From: Octopus bimaculoides
Taxonomy: Eukaryota
DNA length: 64,000 nucleotides
Reading direction: 5' to 3'
Assembly: GCF_001194135.2 (NCBI RefSeq)
Contig: NC_068981.1
Span: 87,020,346-87,084,345 of the forward strand
The position numbers and the translations under genes were made by a program. Of this stretch, positions 49,726 through 61,931 are shown piece by piece. Below the pieces are notes generated by a model, which did not search any database, was not told the DNA's origin, and was given only the letters and a program-made list of their open reading frames with translations. Numbering within the stretch: position 1 is the stretch's first letter; each line of letters starts with the position of its first letter.

Positions 49726-52313
49726 CCCTTTTAAGACGGTTGACGTAAATTTACGCACGCAATGTACGTGCTTTAAATCGGTCGACGTAATTATAGGCCG
49801 CCTAACTTGGAACCCGACGCCTGAGTAGTATCGGTCCACCTGCCAACTGATAGGCCGATTAGGTGTTTCATGTAAATATTTACAACTTGATAAGCTGGTC
49901 CTGCCATTCCGGTCAACTTCGTCGTCATGTCCTATTTCGTCGAAGATACGGTCGTCGCGTCCAGCCACTGCAACTCTTTCAACTTCGTCGTCGCGTCCTG
50001 TTTCGTCGAATTTACGGTCGTCGTAAAGCTACATCAAGATCCACCAGCTACACCAAGCTACACCAAGCTACACCAGTTGTTTCTTCCAGTTCGGACGATG
50101 ACTCGGAGAGTGAGTATTTTCCTAGTTCAGAATCAGATGATTCCGATAGCGATGATGATGTTCCGGTGAATCAAAGGTACAGGCGGGCAGCAGTGAATGG
50201 CGCTGGACAACCGAATGCTGTGTAGCGAGCTAGAAACAATTTCGTCCCACAGCATGAGTTTACTGATACGCCCGGCATAAAAGCAAAACTTTGAACATGG
50301 AAGTTCGCCATGGGAAATCTTTCACGAGTTTTTGACGGATGATATGTTCCAATATATAGCGGACAAAACGAATGACTATGCTGAAAACCATCCCCAGTGT
50401 GTTAGACCCGGGCATGGCGGTGACTGGTTTCCAACCACAGGGGACAAAATCAAAGTTCTGCTTGTCCTGATGATACTGATGGGCATCGTGAAGAAACCGA
50501 CCCTGGCGTCATATTGAAATCTGGATCCAGCTACGTTGACACCTTTCTTTCCGGAAACGTTGCCACGTTATCGATTTTTGGCGCTTTTTCGAAATCTACA
50601 TTTCAACTCAGGCGAGAACCAGGATGATAGGCTGCACAAACACGTCCTATCGTTGACGAAATGGTTGAAAATTTCAGAACGGTGTATGTCCCCACACAGG
50701 ACATTTGTACGGACGAGAGTTTGTGGAAATTCAAGGGAAGGCTCCGATTCAAACAATGCAACCCAACTAAACGTGCCCCCTTTGGAGTCAAAGTTTATAA
50801 AGTATGCCAGTCAACAGGCAGAGCCTGCGGGTACACGTGGAATTACAAAATCTACACTGGTCAGGATAGATTGGATCTTCCAGCGTCAAATGATGTCATG
50901 TTGTCAATGACTGAAAACTTGTTTGACAAAGGCTACAATATTTATATGGGAAAGTGGTTTTCCAGTCCAGACCTCTTCCTGCAGCTGCAGGCGAGGAGGA
51001 CTAATTAATGCCTGTGGGACTTTGAGGACGAACAGGAAAAACATGCCGCTTGATTTTTACAAGATAAAACTTCGAAAGGGAGAAACAGCGTACCGATGTA
51101 CTAATAGTGGCATTCTCGCTCTAGTGTGGCGTGACAAGAAAAACGTCTGCATGCTATCCACAATGCATTGTGCAAGCATGAAGGACATTTGGAAACAAGA
51201 TGCGGACAGTAATGCCATAATGAAACCGAGTGTAGTTGTTTCATACAATGAAGGGATGGGCGGGGTCGATCGCTCAGATCAGCTGGCGACGACACACTAA
51301 TCGGTGAGAAAATTTGTGAAATGGTACAAAAAGATGTTCTTGTATATAGTTGACATGTGTGTCGTGAACTCACATTTGATTTGGTAGATGCTTGGCGGTG
51401 TGGGGAATGTATTAACATTCGGGAATCTATTGTTACGTGAAATGATAGAAGCATCAGACCTGCCAAAGTACAGAACGCGTAGACGTCCCCCCGCCGGACT
51501 CTCTCCTCACCGCATAGTGAGAAGTGGACATTTTCTACGACTGTTTCCCCCCACCGCCAAAAAGACAATTGCTTCAACGAGATGCCCAGTATGTAAAGCA
51601 AAAGGAAAACGTAAGGAAACTAGATACCATTGTTCACAATGTGATATGCCACTATGTGTGGTACCCTGTTTTGAACTCTACCACACTAAAGTCAATTTTT
51701 TAATTCATGTAATTGTAAATACATGAAGTTAATCTAATTTGTGCTGTCGAGTGATCTTATTCAGGAATAAAACCGCATGAACGTCCTGCACAGGGATATA
51801 GTTTAGGTAAATAAAAAGTACTTGCACTAAAGCGGTTGGCATAAATATACGCCGAACGCTATTTCGCACAGAGTGCTGACCTCAATCGGCGCGATACCCG
51901 TTGCCGCGCGCAGACAACCGAATGAATCACCACCGTAAACTGGTTAAAACGGTTGATGTAAATATACGCCGAACCATTGTCGTGCGCTAATTGCTGATCT
52001 CAGCTGAGATGATTACACTCAATGCAACGTAGTTGCTTGATAAAACAAAAAAACGTTGCCATGAAGTTAATGTATAGAATCGGAAAATAAAATTACTATA
52101 GTATAATTAATGACTTTAAATTAATAAACAAAATTAAGAACTATTTGTCGATAAATTCTGGGAGGAAATTCGGTCAGAATAATAGCAAAATTTTTTCAAC
52201 AAAAACATATTCAAACATTTTGGGCGAAGCCCTTCACATTCTTCCTATCATTCAGCAGACACGACTGACATAGTGCCTGGTCAACGGCAATTTAGTGTGA
52301 CCGCGTTAATGAG
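49726..52313 (+). mobile_element. Full-length piggyBac transposon, defective
   Basis: TTAA at 49722-49725 and 52314-52317; imperfect TIRs CCCTTTTAAGACGGTTGACGTAAATT / rc CTCATTAACGCGGTCACACTAAATT; transposase relic inside. Confidence 0.85.
49863..51700 (+). pseudogene. piggyBac (PGBD4-like) transposase pseudogene
   Basis: Acidic N-terminal tract, TDESLWKFKGR (first D), YNIYMGKWFSS (second D mutated to G), ACGTLRTNR, YNEGMGGVDRSDQ (third D), C-terminal CRD CPVC...RKETRYHCSQCDMPLCVVPCFELYH; several stops and frameshifts. Confidence 0.92.
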
Positions 52314-53249
52314 TTAATAGTGCGACCAGTAATCTCCAGGCATAAAGAATGATATGTTCCTCGTTGGACTGTAAAATTTTGTCTTTACCCTTTATACACA
52401 AGCAAGTAGAGTTGTAGATTTTGATGACTTTTGTGGGAAGGAAATGTACAAAATCTGATGGCATGGGTCCAGATGTCTGACATCTTGAAAACTATAAAAA
52501 CAATAGAATACCACACTTTCATAAATCAGCATGAAATTTTTCATGTCTACTTTTATTTAGTATCTTAATCTAGTATCTTTCTTAGAGTTGAAGCTACTAA
52601 ACAGTGTAGAAACCAACAAAACTAAGAAAACGACGGTGAAAAGAATAAAGCAGAGGCGGAGAAATAAACGGAAAAAATATTGAAAGAAAACAAAATTCGA
52701 CAAAAATTCATACTTCTGAGAATGTTCTATTATCTGCAAAATGATTAACGCACAAAAATAATTTCATATATTGGCCCAAGGCCATATATTTACGGAGGAT
52801 GAAGCGTAATATAACATAATATCTATTGGGAGGTTGAAAAGCAATGCCTATCTGACCGGCTTTGAACTCATAACGTAAGGAGTCGTAACTAAATACTGCT
52901 ATTCATCTAAGTACAGGATTATACTGTTTCTGTCACTCCTCTGTATATCGGAAGCAAAAATCATCCTTGATTCAAATCAGTATCAGTTTCATAGAAGCAT
53001 ATGAAAACATTATATTCAGAGCTATGTACCAGCCATTGAAAAATTTTTATATTTAGAAACAAAATTCATTTATCATTTTAGTTGAGGGGAATTATTCTGG
53101 AATCAAATGAGTAATAAACATCAGCAACAGGATTTTATTACTAATGCACCACATTTATTTCTTTTATTAACATTCTATATCTCATACGAATGAACTTAAA
53201 AGCCATTAATATTACTTTTCAAATACATAAAAAAATATTTTAGTTTACC

Positions 53250-54000
53250 AGGACACTTTAGGGACCACCTTTCGATCTGTTGTATCCCTTTATAGCCTGT
53301 GTCGTTTCATATGTCAACACCTGTGAAGAGAAGCAACAAATGCTTATTTACCCTGAATGTAATCACCTGCCGGTACCAACGAGCGGTCTCATTTCCAAAT
53401 TTATCCCTTTTCTCTCTCACAACTTCCTACTTATATATTTTTTCTACTTTTACAAGCCTTGATGCTTATTAACAGTCCCACATTTGTGCATATATACCAG
53501 TCTGTGCAAACAGTAACGTGTCTGTTTAAATCTAAATAAATCTACATTTTGCCTCTCCATTGCAACCTATCAACGCTACAGTATCGTTGGTATTCCTTCA
53601 ATTACCCTCAAGAAAGCGAACTCCAGAGCTAGTTCCTATCTTTACCAAAGGGTTACATTTTGTCGCCGCACTTTTCCTTTCATATATCCATGAACTACTT
53701 ACTGTCCCCTCCTACAACACCCCTGTTCTACACAGTTGATAATTCCACAATCCTGATTTTTACACTATGTCACGCGGAATCTGCAACGAATCTATGAAAA
53801 TATATTTCGAATGAAGCCATGACAAGCCGCACCTTTATCAACACGAGTCAATAACTTCATATATCAAGAAAACACAATTGCACCTAATCACCTTAGGCGC
53901 ACAGTTAAAACTCTCAAGGTCGCTACAAATAATACGTTCCACTTTAATAGTAAATACACAACCTCAACAATCGGAGACTGCACCACAAAGGCTAGCCTTT
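53250..54000 (+). mobile_element. Very decayed CR1/L2-like LINE RT relic
   Basis: AALFLSYIHELL followed by a degenerate YADD-like segment; same style as 31950-32900. Confidence 0.3.
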
Positions 54001-54444
54001 CTTTTCATATTCTTAAAATAATCCATACCTAACATCTACTTACCCTTGCAGCAAATCTCTCCTTGAAATCGGTCCTGCAGCATTTCTGCTTAGATTTAGA
54101 TTCGTGGTTTAGCTAACGATACCATATTTGGTTATTTTATAACAGCAATCATTAATTTGCTTAACAGGTAAGTAGCAAAACTACCAACATTTGTTAATGA
54201 CAATCACATCTTTTGGCTGGTGTGATAAAGCCTGTTTTAGTTTTCATCGCGAAATGCAGACAGAAAGTTCCGAAACATTTAACCATTTTCGTTATAAGTT
54301 TAGATTGTGAAACTCACTGGAGGTGTCTTAACTACGGCCAAAGGTTTGCCTTGCGGCTTAATGTTAAAAAGCTTTAAAAAAAGAGTATCAAGATATTTTT
54401 AAAGGCGTATTCTTTGTTTGTCTCTTTATGAAAGAGAATATGCC

Positions 54445-54629
54445 TTTTCTTTTATTCTTTTATTTTGTTTCAATCATAGGGCTGCCACCATGTTGGGGCA
54501 TCGCCTAGAAGACTTTAGTCGAGCAAATCGACTCTAGTATAATTTTGAAGGAACTACTCAGTTATGGAGGCATAAACAAACCCTCACTGGTTGTTAAGCG
54601 GATGGGAAACACACACACTCACGGTTTTA

Positions 54630-54675
<46 letters not shown>

Positions 54676-54838
54676 ACAGACTTTCACATAGTTTCTATCT
54701 ACCAAATTCACTCAATAGGCATTAGTCGGCCTTGGACAATAATAGAGGACACTTTCGTAAAGTTCTACGTCTTGGGATTCAACTCGAAACCACGTGATTG
54801 CGAAGCTAACTTCTTAACCGCACAGCCACGACTGCACC
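54445..54838 (-). mobile_element. SINE family A with internal (TA)n
   Basis: Reverse complement of the 36950-37320 copy (head GGTGCAGTCGTGGCTGTGCGGTTAAGAAG). Confidence 0.8.
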
Positions 54839-55427
54839 TAAAACTATCGCCTGACTGAACTTTTGTCCCAGACATTGTAACAGCTTTCTGATACTAAAAT
54901 AACTAGAATATGTTGACTTAAGAAAATACCATTATTTTCTTCATCTTTCAACGCAGCCTTCCAATGACAAGCCTTCTTCGCCAATATCTATTATATGTTA
55001 TAACTGGTGAGCCCGACTCTAACACAACAATACCAACAAACTTTTTTATTCTCATATTAATCCATAAATAGGGAATATTCCGTTCTGATTTTAGTCCACA
55101 AATGATTCCTAAGTTATATTCGGTAACCAGTAAAGAAATTGATATAAACATCACTTTATATTTGCTAATTCAACAAGCATTATCTCGTACACGAACTGGT
55201 GAAGCAACGATCAGCGATTTCCAAACTGGAATAGATGCAACTTTTTCAATGACACAATACAAACATATGCACGTCCTTCTCCGTTAATTTTCCGAGAACT
55301 GAACTGGCGGACAATGAAAGCCTAATAAGGACACAAACATATTAACATATAGACTCATACACCCATTCATACATACATATTTACATACGTACATACATAA
55401 TTCTTTCTTTCTCTCTTGTTCCCCAAT

Positions 55428-55463
<36 letters not shown>

Positions 55464-55799
55464 ACACACACGCGCATATATAGGAAACTGAACGAATCTC
55501 GTCGTGTAGGTGTGTGTGTGTGTGTATGTGTGTCAGCCACGCGTTCCCAGCCTGCAATATGAAGTGTGATGACGTCATCAATCTGACTAAGTGTTTTGTT
55601 ATTAGGTGTGGTTCAAAATTATAGTCATGCACTCAGCTTGTCACTGACGGATGGTTTTCCTTGGCATCTCATTGGTCATTAAATCAACTTCTGGTTCAAA
55701 ATATTCGAATTAAATCCTGAAATGTCTTTCTTCTACTGAAGAACCTATATACATTCTTTTATAAAAAGCTATGTAGAAATGCATACATACATAAATACA

Positions 55800-55855
<56 letters not shown>

Positions 55856-55858
<3 letters not shown>

Positions 55859-57448
55859 GAGAATGTACGAAAAAACAACAACAGACGAGGACAGGTGGTG
55901 TAAATAACAAAAGGATGTATTAGTATGACGCTCGGGAATACGGAAAGTCTTTGACGTTTCGAGCTACGCTCTTCAACAGAAAGAATATGGAGACAAGGAG
56001 AAAAACACGGAGAAAAAAAGTTGAATAGTGTTCAGTCAACGGTCAATCATAGTAATGGCTAATCATAGTAATGGCTGACCGGAAGTTAGAAATTTTTTTC
56101 AGGAGAGCTAAGAAAAGGGGGAGATAACAAAGGGGGAGAAAAAACGGTGATCGAAGAACGAGGGGCTGTGTGTGTGGGAGATAGAATGCTGGTGATCTTG
56201 ACGTATGTAGTGTGAAAATGGGAAGGGGAGAGAGGAGTTGGTCAGTTGTAGTGTGTGCGTGGTGTGATGCGAGGGTGTTGGTGTAATGTGATGTGAGGGT
56301 GTTGNNNNNNNNNNNNNNNNNNNNNNNNNNNNNNNNNNNNNNNNNNNNNNNNNNNNNNNNNNNNNNNNNNNNNNNNNNNNNNNNNNNNNNNNNNNNNNNN
56401 NNNNNNNNNNNNNNNNNNNNNNNNNNNNNNNNNNNNNNNNNNNNNNNNNNNNNNNNNNNNNNNNNNNNNNNNNNNNNNNNNNNNNNNNNNNNNNNNNNNN
56501 NNNNNNNNNNNNNNNNNNNNNNNNNNNNNNNNNNNNNNNNNNNNNNNNNNNNNNNNNNNNNNNNNNNNNNNNNNNNNNNNNNNNNNNNNNNNNNNNNNNN
56601 NNNNNNNNNNNNNNNNNNNNNNNNNNNNNNNNNNNNNNNNNNNNNNNNNNNNNNNNNNNNNNNNNNNNNNNNNNNNNNNNNNNNNNNNNNNNNNNNNNNN
56701 NNNNNNNNNNNNNNNNNNNNNNNNNNNNNNNNNNNNNNNNNNNNNNNNNNNNNNNNNNNNNNNNNNNNNNNNNNNNNNNNNNNNNNNNNNNNNNNNNNNN
56801 NNNNNNNNNNNNNNNNNNNNNNNNNNNNNNNNNNNNNNNNNNNNNNNNNNNNNNNNNNNNNNNNNNNNNNNNNNNNNNNNNNNNNNNNNNNNNNNNNNNN
56901 NNNNNNNNNNNNNNNNNNNNNNNNNNNNNNNNNNNNNNNNNNNNNNNNNNNNNNNNNNNNNNNNNNNNNNNNNNNNNNNNNNNNNNNNNNNNNNNNNNNN
57001 NNNNNNNNNNNNNNNNNNNNNNNNNNNNNNNNNNNNNNNNNNNNNNNNNNNNNNNNNNNNNNNNNNNNNNNNNNNNNNNNNNNNNNNNNNNNNNNNNNNN
57101 NNNNNNNNNNNNNNNNNNNNNNNNNNNNNNNNNNNNNNNNNNNNNNNNNNNNNNNNNNNNNNNNNNNNNNNNNNNNNNNNNNNNNNNNNNNNNNNNNNNN
57201 NNNNNNNNNNNNNNNNNNNNNNNNNNNNNNNNNNNNNNNAAAGTTGATGTCTCGGAGGTGTTCCGCGAATCGGTCGGCCAGGCGGCGCCCCGTTTGTCCG
57301 ATGTACAGAGAATGGCAGAGAGAGCAGGAGATGCAATAGATGATGTTGGTAGAAGTGCAGGTGAAGGAGTCGGTGATGCGATAGGGTCGGTGATGGGTGC
57401 TGGTGAGGAGGGTGGTGTTGGAGAGATAAGGGCAAGTGCGGCAACTTA
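55856..57448 (-). mobile_element. Penelope-like element, 3' part (GIY-YIG + terminal repeat; gap 56305-57239)
   Basis: CRTCP...FTCTSTNIIYCISCSLCHSLYIGQTGRRLADRFAEHLRDI is the GIY-YIG endonuclease with upstream Cys motif; a hammerhead lies in the 3' terminal region. Confidence 0.9.
55949..55983 (-). ncRNA. Minimal hammerhead motif with variant core CUGUUGA
   Basis: Minus strand CTTT-CTGTTGA-A-GAGC(GTA)GCTC-GAAA-CGTC-AAAG: stem I CTTT/AAAG, stem II GAGC/GCTC, palindromic ACGT, GUC triplet; A6 is replaced by U. Confidence 0.6.
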
Positions 57449-57708
57449 GAATGTGTGCCTGTCTGTATGTGTGAATCACTAAAATTCGAGCACTCCCAAA
57501 CCGATTTCGTTCAAGTTTTGCACATGCCTTGCTTAGAGTCTATTGCAGTGCCATGGAACAAGAAAATTTTCGACTCCTTGTCTAATGTCAGCCCAGAGCA
57601 ATCTAAAAACTTTCTGATTTGGCGGGCACCATTTTTTATTTATGTTTTATTTAGTGTGTTTTCTACCGAAACACTTTAAAACTTCGTATACTTGTATATT
57701 TTGTCTTA
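57449..57708 (+). mobile_element. Helitron fragment related to 15560-16827, 5' terminus missing
   Basis: AGAATGTGTG..GTGAATCACTAAAATTCGAG..CCGATTTCGTTCAAGTTTT..ATGCCTT aligns with the minus strand of 16600-16810. Confidence 0.7.
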
Positions 57709-58540
57709 TTACCCCAGCTGTAATGGACTGTGTTTCTCACCTAGTTCGATAAGTTTGGCGTTTAACCGGTCGCATAGGTTGTTGGCCCTGAATGGGGCCG
57801 TTGTTGACAGGCCGCTTCGATCGGCGGCGGTGCTGGAGAGACCAAGAGCGAGCAGAGAAAAATAAAACAGTTGATCCCAATCGCGAGGACCGGATTCTAA
57901 GGTTTACTTTATTGAGGATGCGAGGGTATCAGCCACCAACACCCGGGCCGTTTTCAGGATCTTAAGAGGGATCTCACGAAGCCTTCCGAGCCGGACGATG
58001 TTGACCAGTGAGAGTTGGGCCTCAGGTAGACATATCATCTCATCTGAGGGTGTGGTGGATGATGGCCGCTGACGCGCGGCCGAGCGAAGAGGCGGCTGCT
58101 GCATCTCCATATTGTGAGTGCATTCGAGACCGACACAAGAGAGATGATGGAAACAACCACATCTTGAACAGTTCATCCCTCTCTTCCGTCAATTAGTGGT
58201 GGCACATTTGCTGCCGGTAGCTTCCCATGAAGAGTGAGAGTGAGGCACACAATCACGGATCGAGCACCGATCGACAGCATCGGCATCCCCCGGGGGCGGG
58301 GCCGAGAAATTAGTTGGTATCACGAAAATGAGTTGGGGTGGGGTTGCAATACCGATGAGGTGAAGGCCGTTGGATTGGGGAAGCAGAGGATCGGAGCCGT
58401 GCAGAAATCTGAGCAAGGGGTAAAAGGAAGGAAAAAAAGGAGAAAAAAGGGGGGGAGAAGAAAAGAAAGAAGGTAAAAGGAAAAAAGAAAACAAGGGAAA
58501 TGTCCGAAAGAAAATAAAGGATCAATGAATGGAAAGAGAC
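57709..58540 (-). mobile_element. CRE-clade-like non-LTR retrotransposon 5' fragment (PHD-like finger + pre-RT region)
   Basis: One frame 58494->57709 with only two internal stops: CSRCGCFHHLSC (C-x2-C-x4-H-x2-C), then LREIP..LKTARVLVADTLASSIK*TLESGPRDWDQLFYFSLLAL...RLNAKLIELG. This resembles the pre-RT helical region of CRE elements. GC-rich. Confidence 0.45.
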
Positions 58541-58541
58541 A

Positions 58542-58562
58542 AACCCTAACCCTAACCCTACC
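58542..58562 (-). repeat. Short interstitial telomeric-type repeat (TTAGGG)~3
   Basis: AACCCTAACCCTAACCCTACC. Confidence 0.85.
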
Positions 58563-58619
58563 TTAGACAATCGCAGCGAGCAATACCCCCGTATAGATAG
58601 AGTTACGACTTTTTTAATG

Positions 58620-59779
58620 ACTTTTGACATTTGATAGCCGTTACTTTTAGCTTACTTTAGAAGTAAATTGCGCGTAATTTTGTTTATAACTGTTAGTTCA
58701 GTGTCAATTTTAACATGAAGTGCAAAAACGAACATTTTCGCTATATTTTGCCTTTTTATTTCCGTAAAGGCAAGAAAGCTGCGAAGAGATGTATGAAGTT
58801 TATGGTATTGATTGCTTAACAGAATCGCATATGTCAGAAATGCTTTTTAAAAATTCCGTTCAAGAGACTTTTCACTTAAAGATGACCAGCGTTTTGGTCG
58901 ACCTACTGAAACTGATGATGACCGAATCAAAGCCATAACTGAATCTGATTGTCATATAACTGTGCGAGAGATTGCAGAGAGGTTAAGTGTATCACATACA
59001 ATTGAAAATCACTTAAAATGTCTTGGACTAGTTAAGAAGCTCGATATTTGGGTTCCACATAAGTTGAAAGAGATTCGCTTAACACAACGAATCAATATTT
59101 GTGATATGCATCTCAAACGCAATGAAATTGACCTTTTTTTTAAACGAATCATCGCTGGTGATGAAAAATGGATTGTCTACAATAGCGTCAATCGAAAACT
59201 ATTATGATCCAAGCCTAATGAACCAGCACAAACCACATCGAAAGCTGAATTGCATCAAAAAGGTCGTGCTGTCAATTTGGTTGGGTTACAAAGGTGTTGT
59301 GTATTTTAACCTGCTTCCAAGGAACCAAATGATCAATACAGATGCTTACTGTCAACAACTAAATAAACTAGAGGAAGCAATCAAAGAAAAACGGCCATAA
59401 TTGGCAAATCGTAAAGGAATCATGCTCCACCATGACAGCGATAGACCACACACGTCTTAGCTAACTCGTGAAAAATGGAGCTTGGTTGGGAAGTGATGTC
59501 AAATCCACCGTATAGCCATTTATTTCGAAGTTTGCAAATTTCTTTGAATGGTAAAACTTTCGATGATGATGGTGACCTGAAATCGCACTTGCTTCAGTTT
59601 TTGGCTGATAAGGACCAGAAGTTCTATGGTCGTAGAATCATGAAGTTGCCAGAAAGATGGTAAAAGGTCATCGAACAAAATGGAAAATATATAATTGATT
59701 AAAGTTCATTCTTTGTATGAAAAAATTTGACTTTTATTTCACACTAAAAAAAACAAATTACTTTCTTGCCAACCCAATA
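58620..59779 (+). mobile_element. Mariner transposon, left TIR missing
   Basis: Pseudo-ORF 58715-59702: KNEHFR..FYFRKGK, WVPHKL, IIAGDEKWIVY, HDSDRPHTS, PPYS-HLFRSLQ; right TIR TTACTTTCTTGCCAACCCAA + TA. Confidence 0.92.
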
Positions 59780-60114
59780 TATATACGTTTGTGTGTGTGT
59801 GTGTGTGTCTGTATGTATGTATGTATGCCCAAAATATAAATATAAATATGAATGTTCACAAATACATGAAATAGTTTGACTGTCAATTAAAGAACACATT
59901 CTGTCAAACGAAATCCAAGTTTCACTTTCAGCATTTCATCCTCCATTCCACTTCCTGATTTTAGTGGTGGTTACACTTTGATCTTAACCAAACGACTACA
60001 GATATGCGCACACACACACGCATGCACACACACACACACACACACACGCATAACACACACACACGCATGCACACACACACACACACACACACACGCATAA
60101 CACACACACATATA

Positions 60115-60204
60115 TCTTTTTTATCTTTTACTTATTTCAATCATTAGGCTGGGCACCGCTTTTGAAGAGTTTTTTAGTCGATTGAAGTGATCCCGGTACT
60201 TATT
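60115..60204 (-). mobile_element. SINE family A 3' end, running into a gap
   Basis: TTTTACTTATTTCAATCATT...TTTAGTCGA..GATCCCGGTACTTATT. Confidence 0.65.
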
Positions 60205-60889
60205 NNNNNNNNNNNNNNNNNNNNNNNNNNNNNNNNNNNNNNNNNNNNNNNNNNNNNNNNNNNNNNNNNNNNNNNNNNNNNNNNNNNNNNNNNNNNNNNN
60301 NNNNNNNNNNNNNNNNNNNNNNNNNNNNNNNNNNNNNNNNNNNNNNNNNNNNNNNNNNNNNNNNNNNNNNNNNNNNNNNNNNNNNNNNNNNNNNNNNNNN
60401 NNNNNNNNNNNNNNNNNNNNNNNNNNNNNNNNNNNNNNNNNNNNNNNNNNNNNNNNNNNNNNNNNNNNNNNNNNNNNNNNNNNNNNNNNNNNNNNNNNNN
60501 NNNNNNNNNNNNNNNNNNNNNNNNNNNNNNNNNNNNNNNNNNNNNNNNNNNNNNNNNNNNNNNNNNNNNNNNNNNNNNNNNNNNNNNNNNNNNNNNNNNN
60601 NNNNNNNNNNNNNNNNNNNNNNNNNNNNNNNNNNNNNNNNNNNNNNNNNNNNNNNNNNNNNNNNNNNNNNNNNNNNNNNNNNNNNNNNNNNNNNNNNNNN
60701 NNNNNNNNNNNNNNNNNNNNNNNNNNNNNNNNNNNNNNNNNNNNNNNNNNNNNNNNNNNNNNNNNNNNNNNNNNNNNNNNNNNNNNNNNNNNNNNNNNNN
60801 NNNNNNNNNNNNNNNNNNNNNNNNNNNNNNNNNNNNNNNNNNNNNNNNNNNNNNNNNNNNNNNNNNNNNNNNNNNNNNNNNNNNNNNNN

Positions 60890-60971
<82 letters not shown>
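60890..60971. repeat. (GA)n microsatellite
   Basis: Directly visible after the gap. Confidence 0.95.
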
Positions 60972-60973
<2 letters not shown>

Positions 60974-61711
60974 TTGAAAATGAGACAAAGAAACACATTA
61001 GCGCTTTAACCGTGAGAAACATTTGCTTCTGTTATTTTCCTCTCTCGATGATTCATCAAGCGAATATTTCTCGTTCAAACGGAACTCTTCGCCCAGCTTA
61101 GTCTCACTTTGAGACACGTGCTTAGCTGAATATTTTTCCTAGTTCCTACAACATATATGTCTCTCTGCACTTCACAGACACTCTGCTATTTGATTGACAC
61201 CAGCATGAAATAATGCTAAAAGTGCTATGAAGTTATTGTTTTCCACTCAATGTCGCTGCAAGACTCCAATTTCGTTATCATCAGACAGACACACGTCGCC
61301 ATATTTGTCTTCATCTTTAATAAGCATCTTATCTTCATACGTACAACGAACTATTGAAAATACTTTTTTTGTCGAACAGCCATCTGAGACTTTCACCATG
61401 TTAGCATTTTTGCTTGCAATTCCAATTCAACATTCTTTTGGATCTTGTATGACTACGTTTTTGAAGTAGATGCAACTTTTTCTGACTTAACTCAACATAT
61501 CCTGCCAGATTGTCTACCAATGTCGTTTCTGCTTCACATACTACAAATTTTGCAGCGACAGATAGATGCATCTCTGCCGATTTGTCGTTTTCTGTATCTT
61601 TTTCCATTTGTCGTTTTCTATATCGTTTTTCATTTGTCGTTTTCTATATCACAAGTAGATACTTTGACCAGAAACATTGCAACCTTTGTTTCATAAATAT
61701 TCACACATATT

Positions 61712-61931
61712 CTTTTCTTCTCTAGGCACAAGGCCCGAAATTTTTGGGGAGGGGACCAGTCGATTAGGTCAACCCCAGTACGCAAGTGGTACTTAAATTT
61801 ATCGACCCCGAAAGGATGAAAGGTAAAGTCGACCTCGGCGGAATTTGAACTCAGAACGTAAAGACAGACAAAATACCGCTTAGCATTTCGCTCGGCATGC
61901 TAACGATTCTGCCAGCTCGCCGCCCTAAGAC
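61712..61931 (-). mobile_element. SINE family B, type-1 tail, with 13-bp TSD
   Basis: Near-consensus sequence; ATTCACACATATT at 61699-61711 and 61932-61944. Confidence 0.92.

Noticed and set aside
61580-61648. ~26-bp unit x3 (ATTTGTCGTTTTCT(G/A)TATC); also 16-bp duplications at 56046-56077 and ~62510-62540
   Set aside because: Ordinary short slippage duplications with no further structure.
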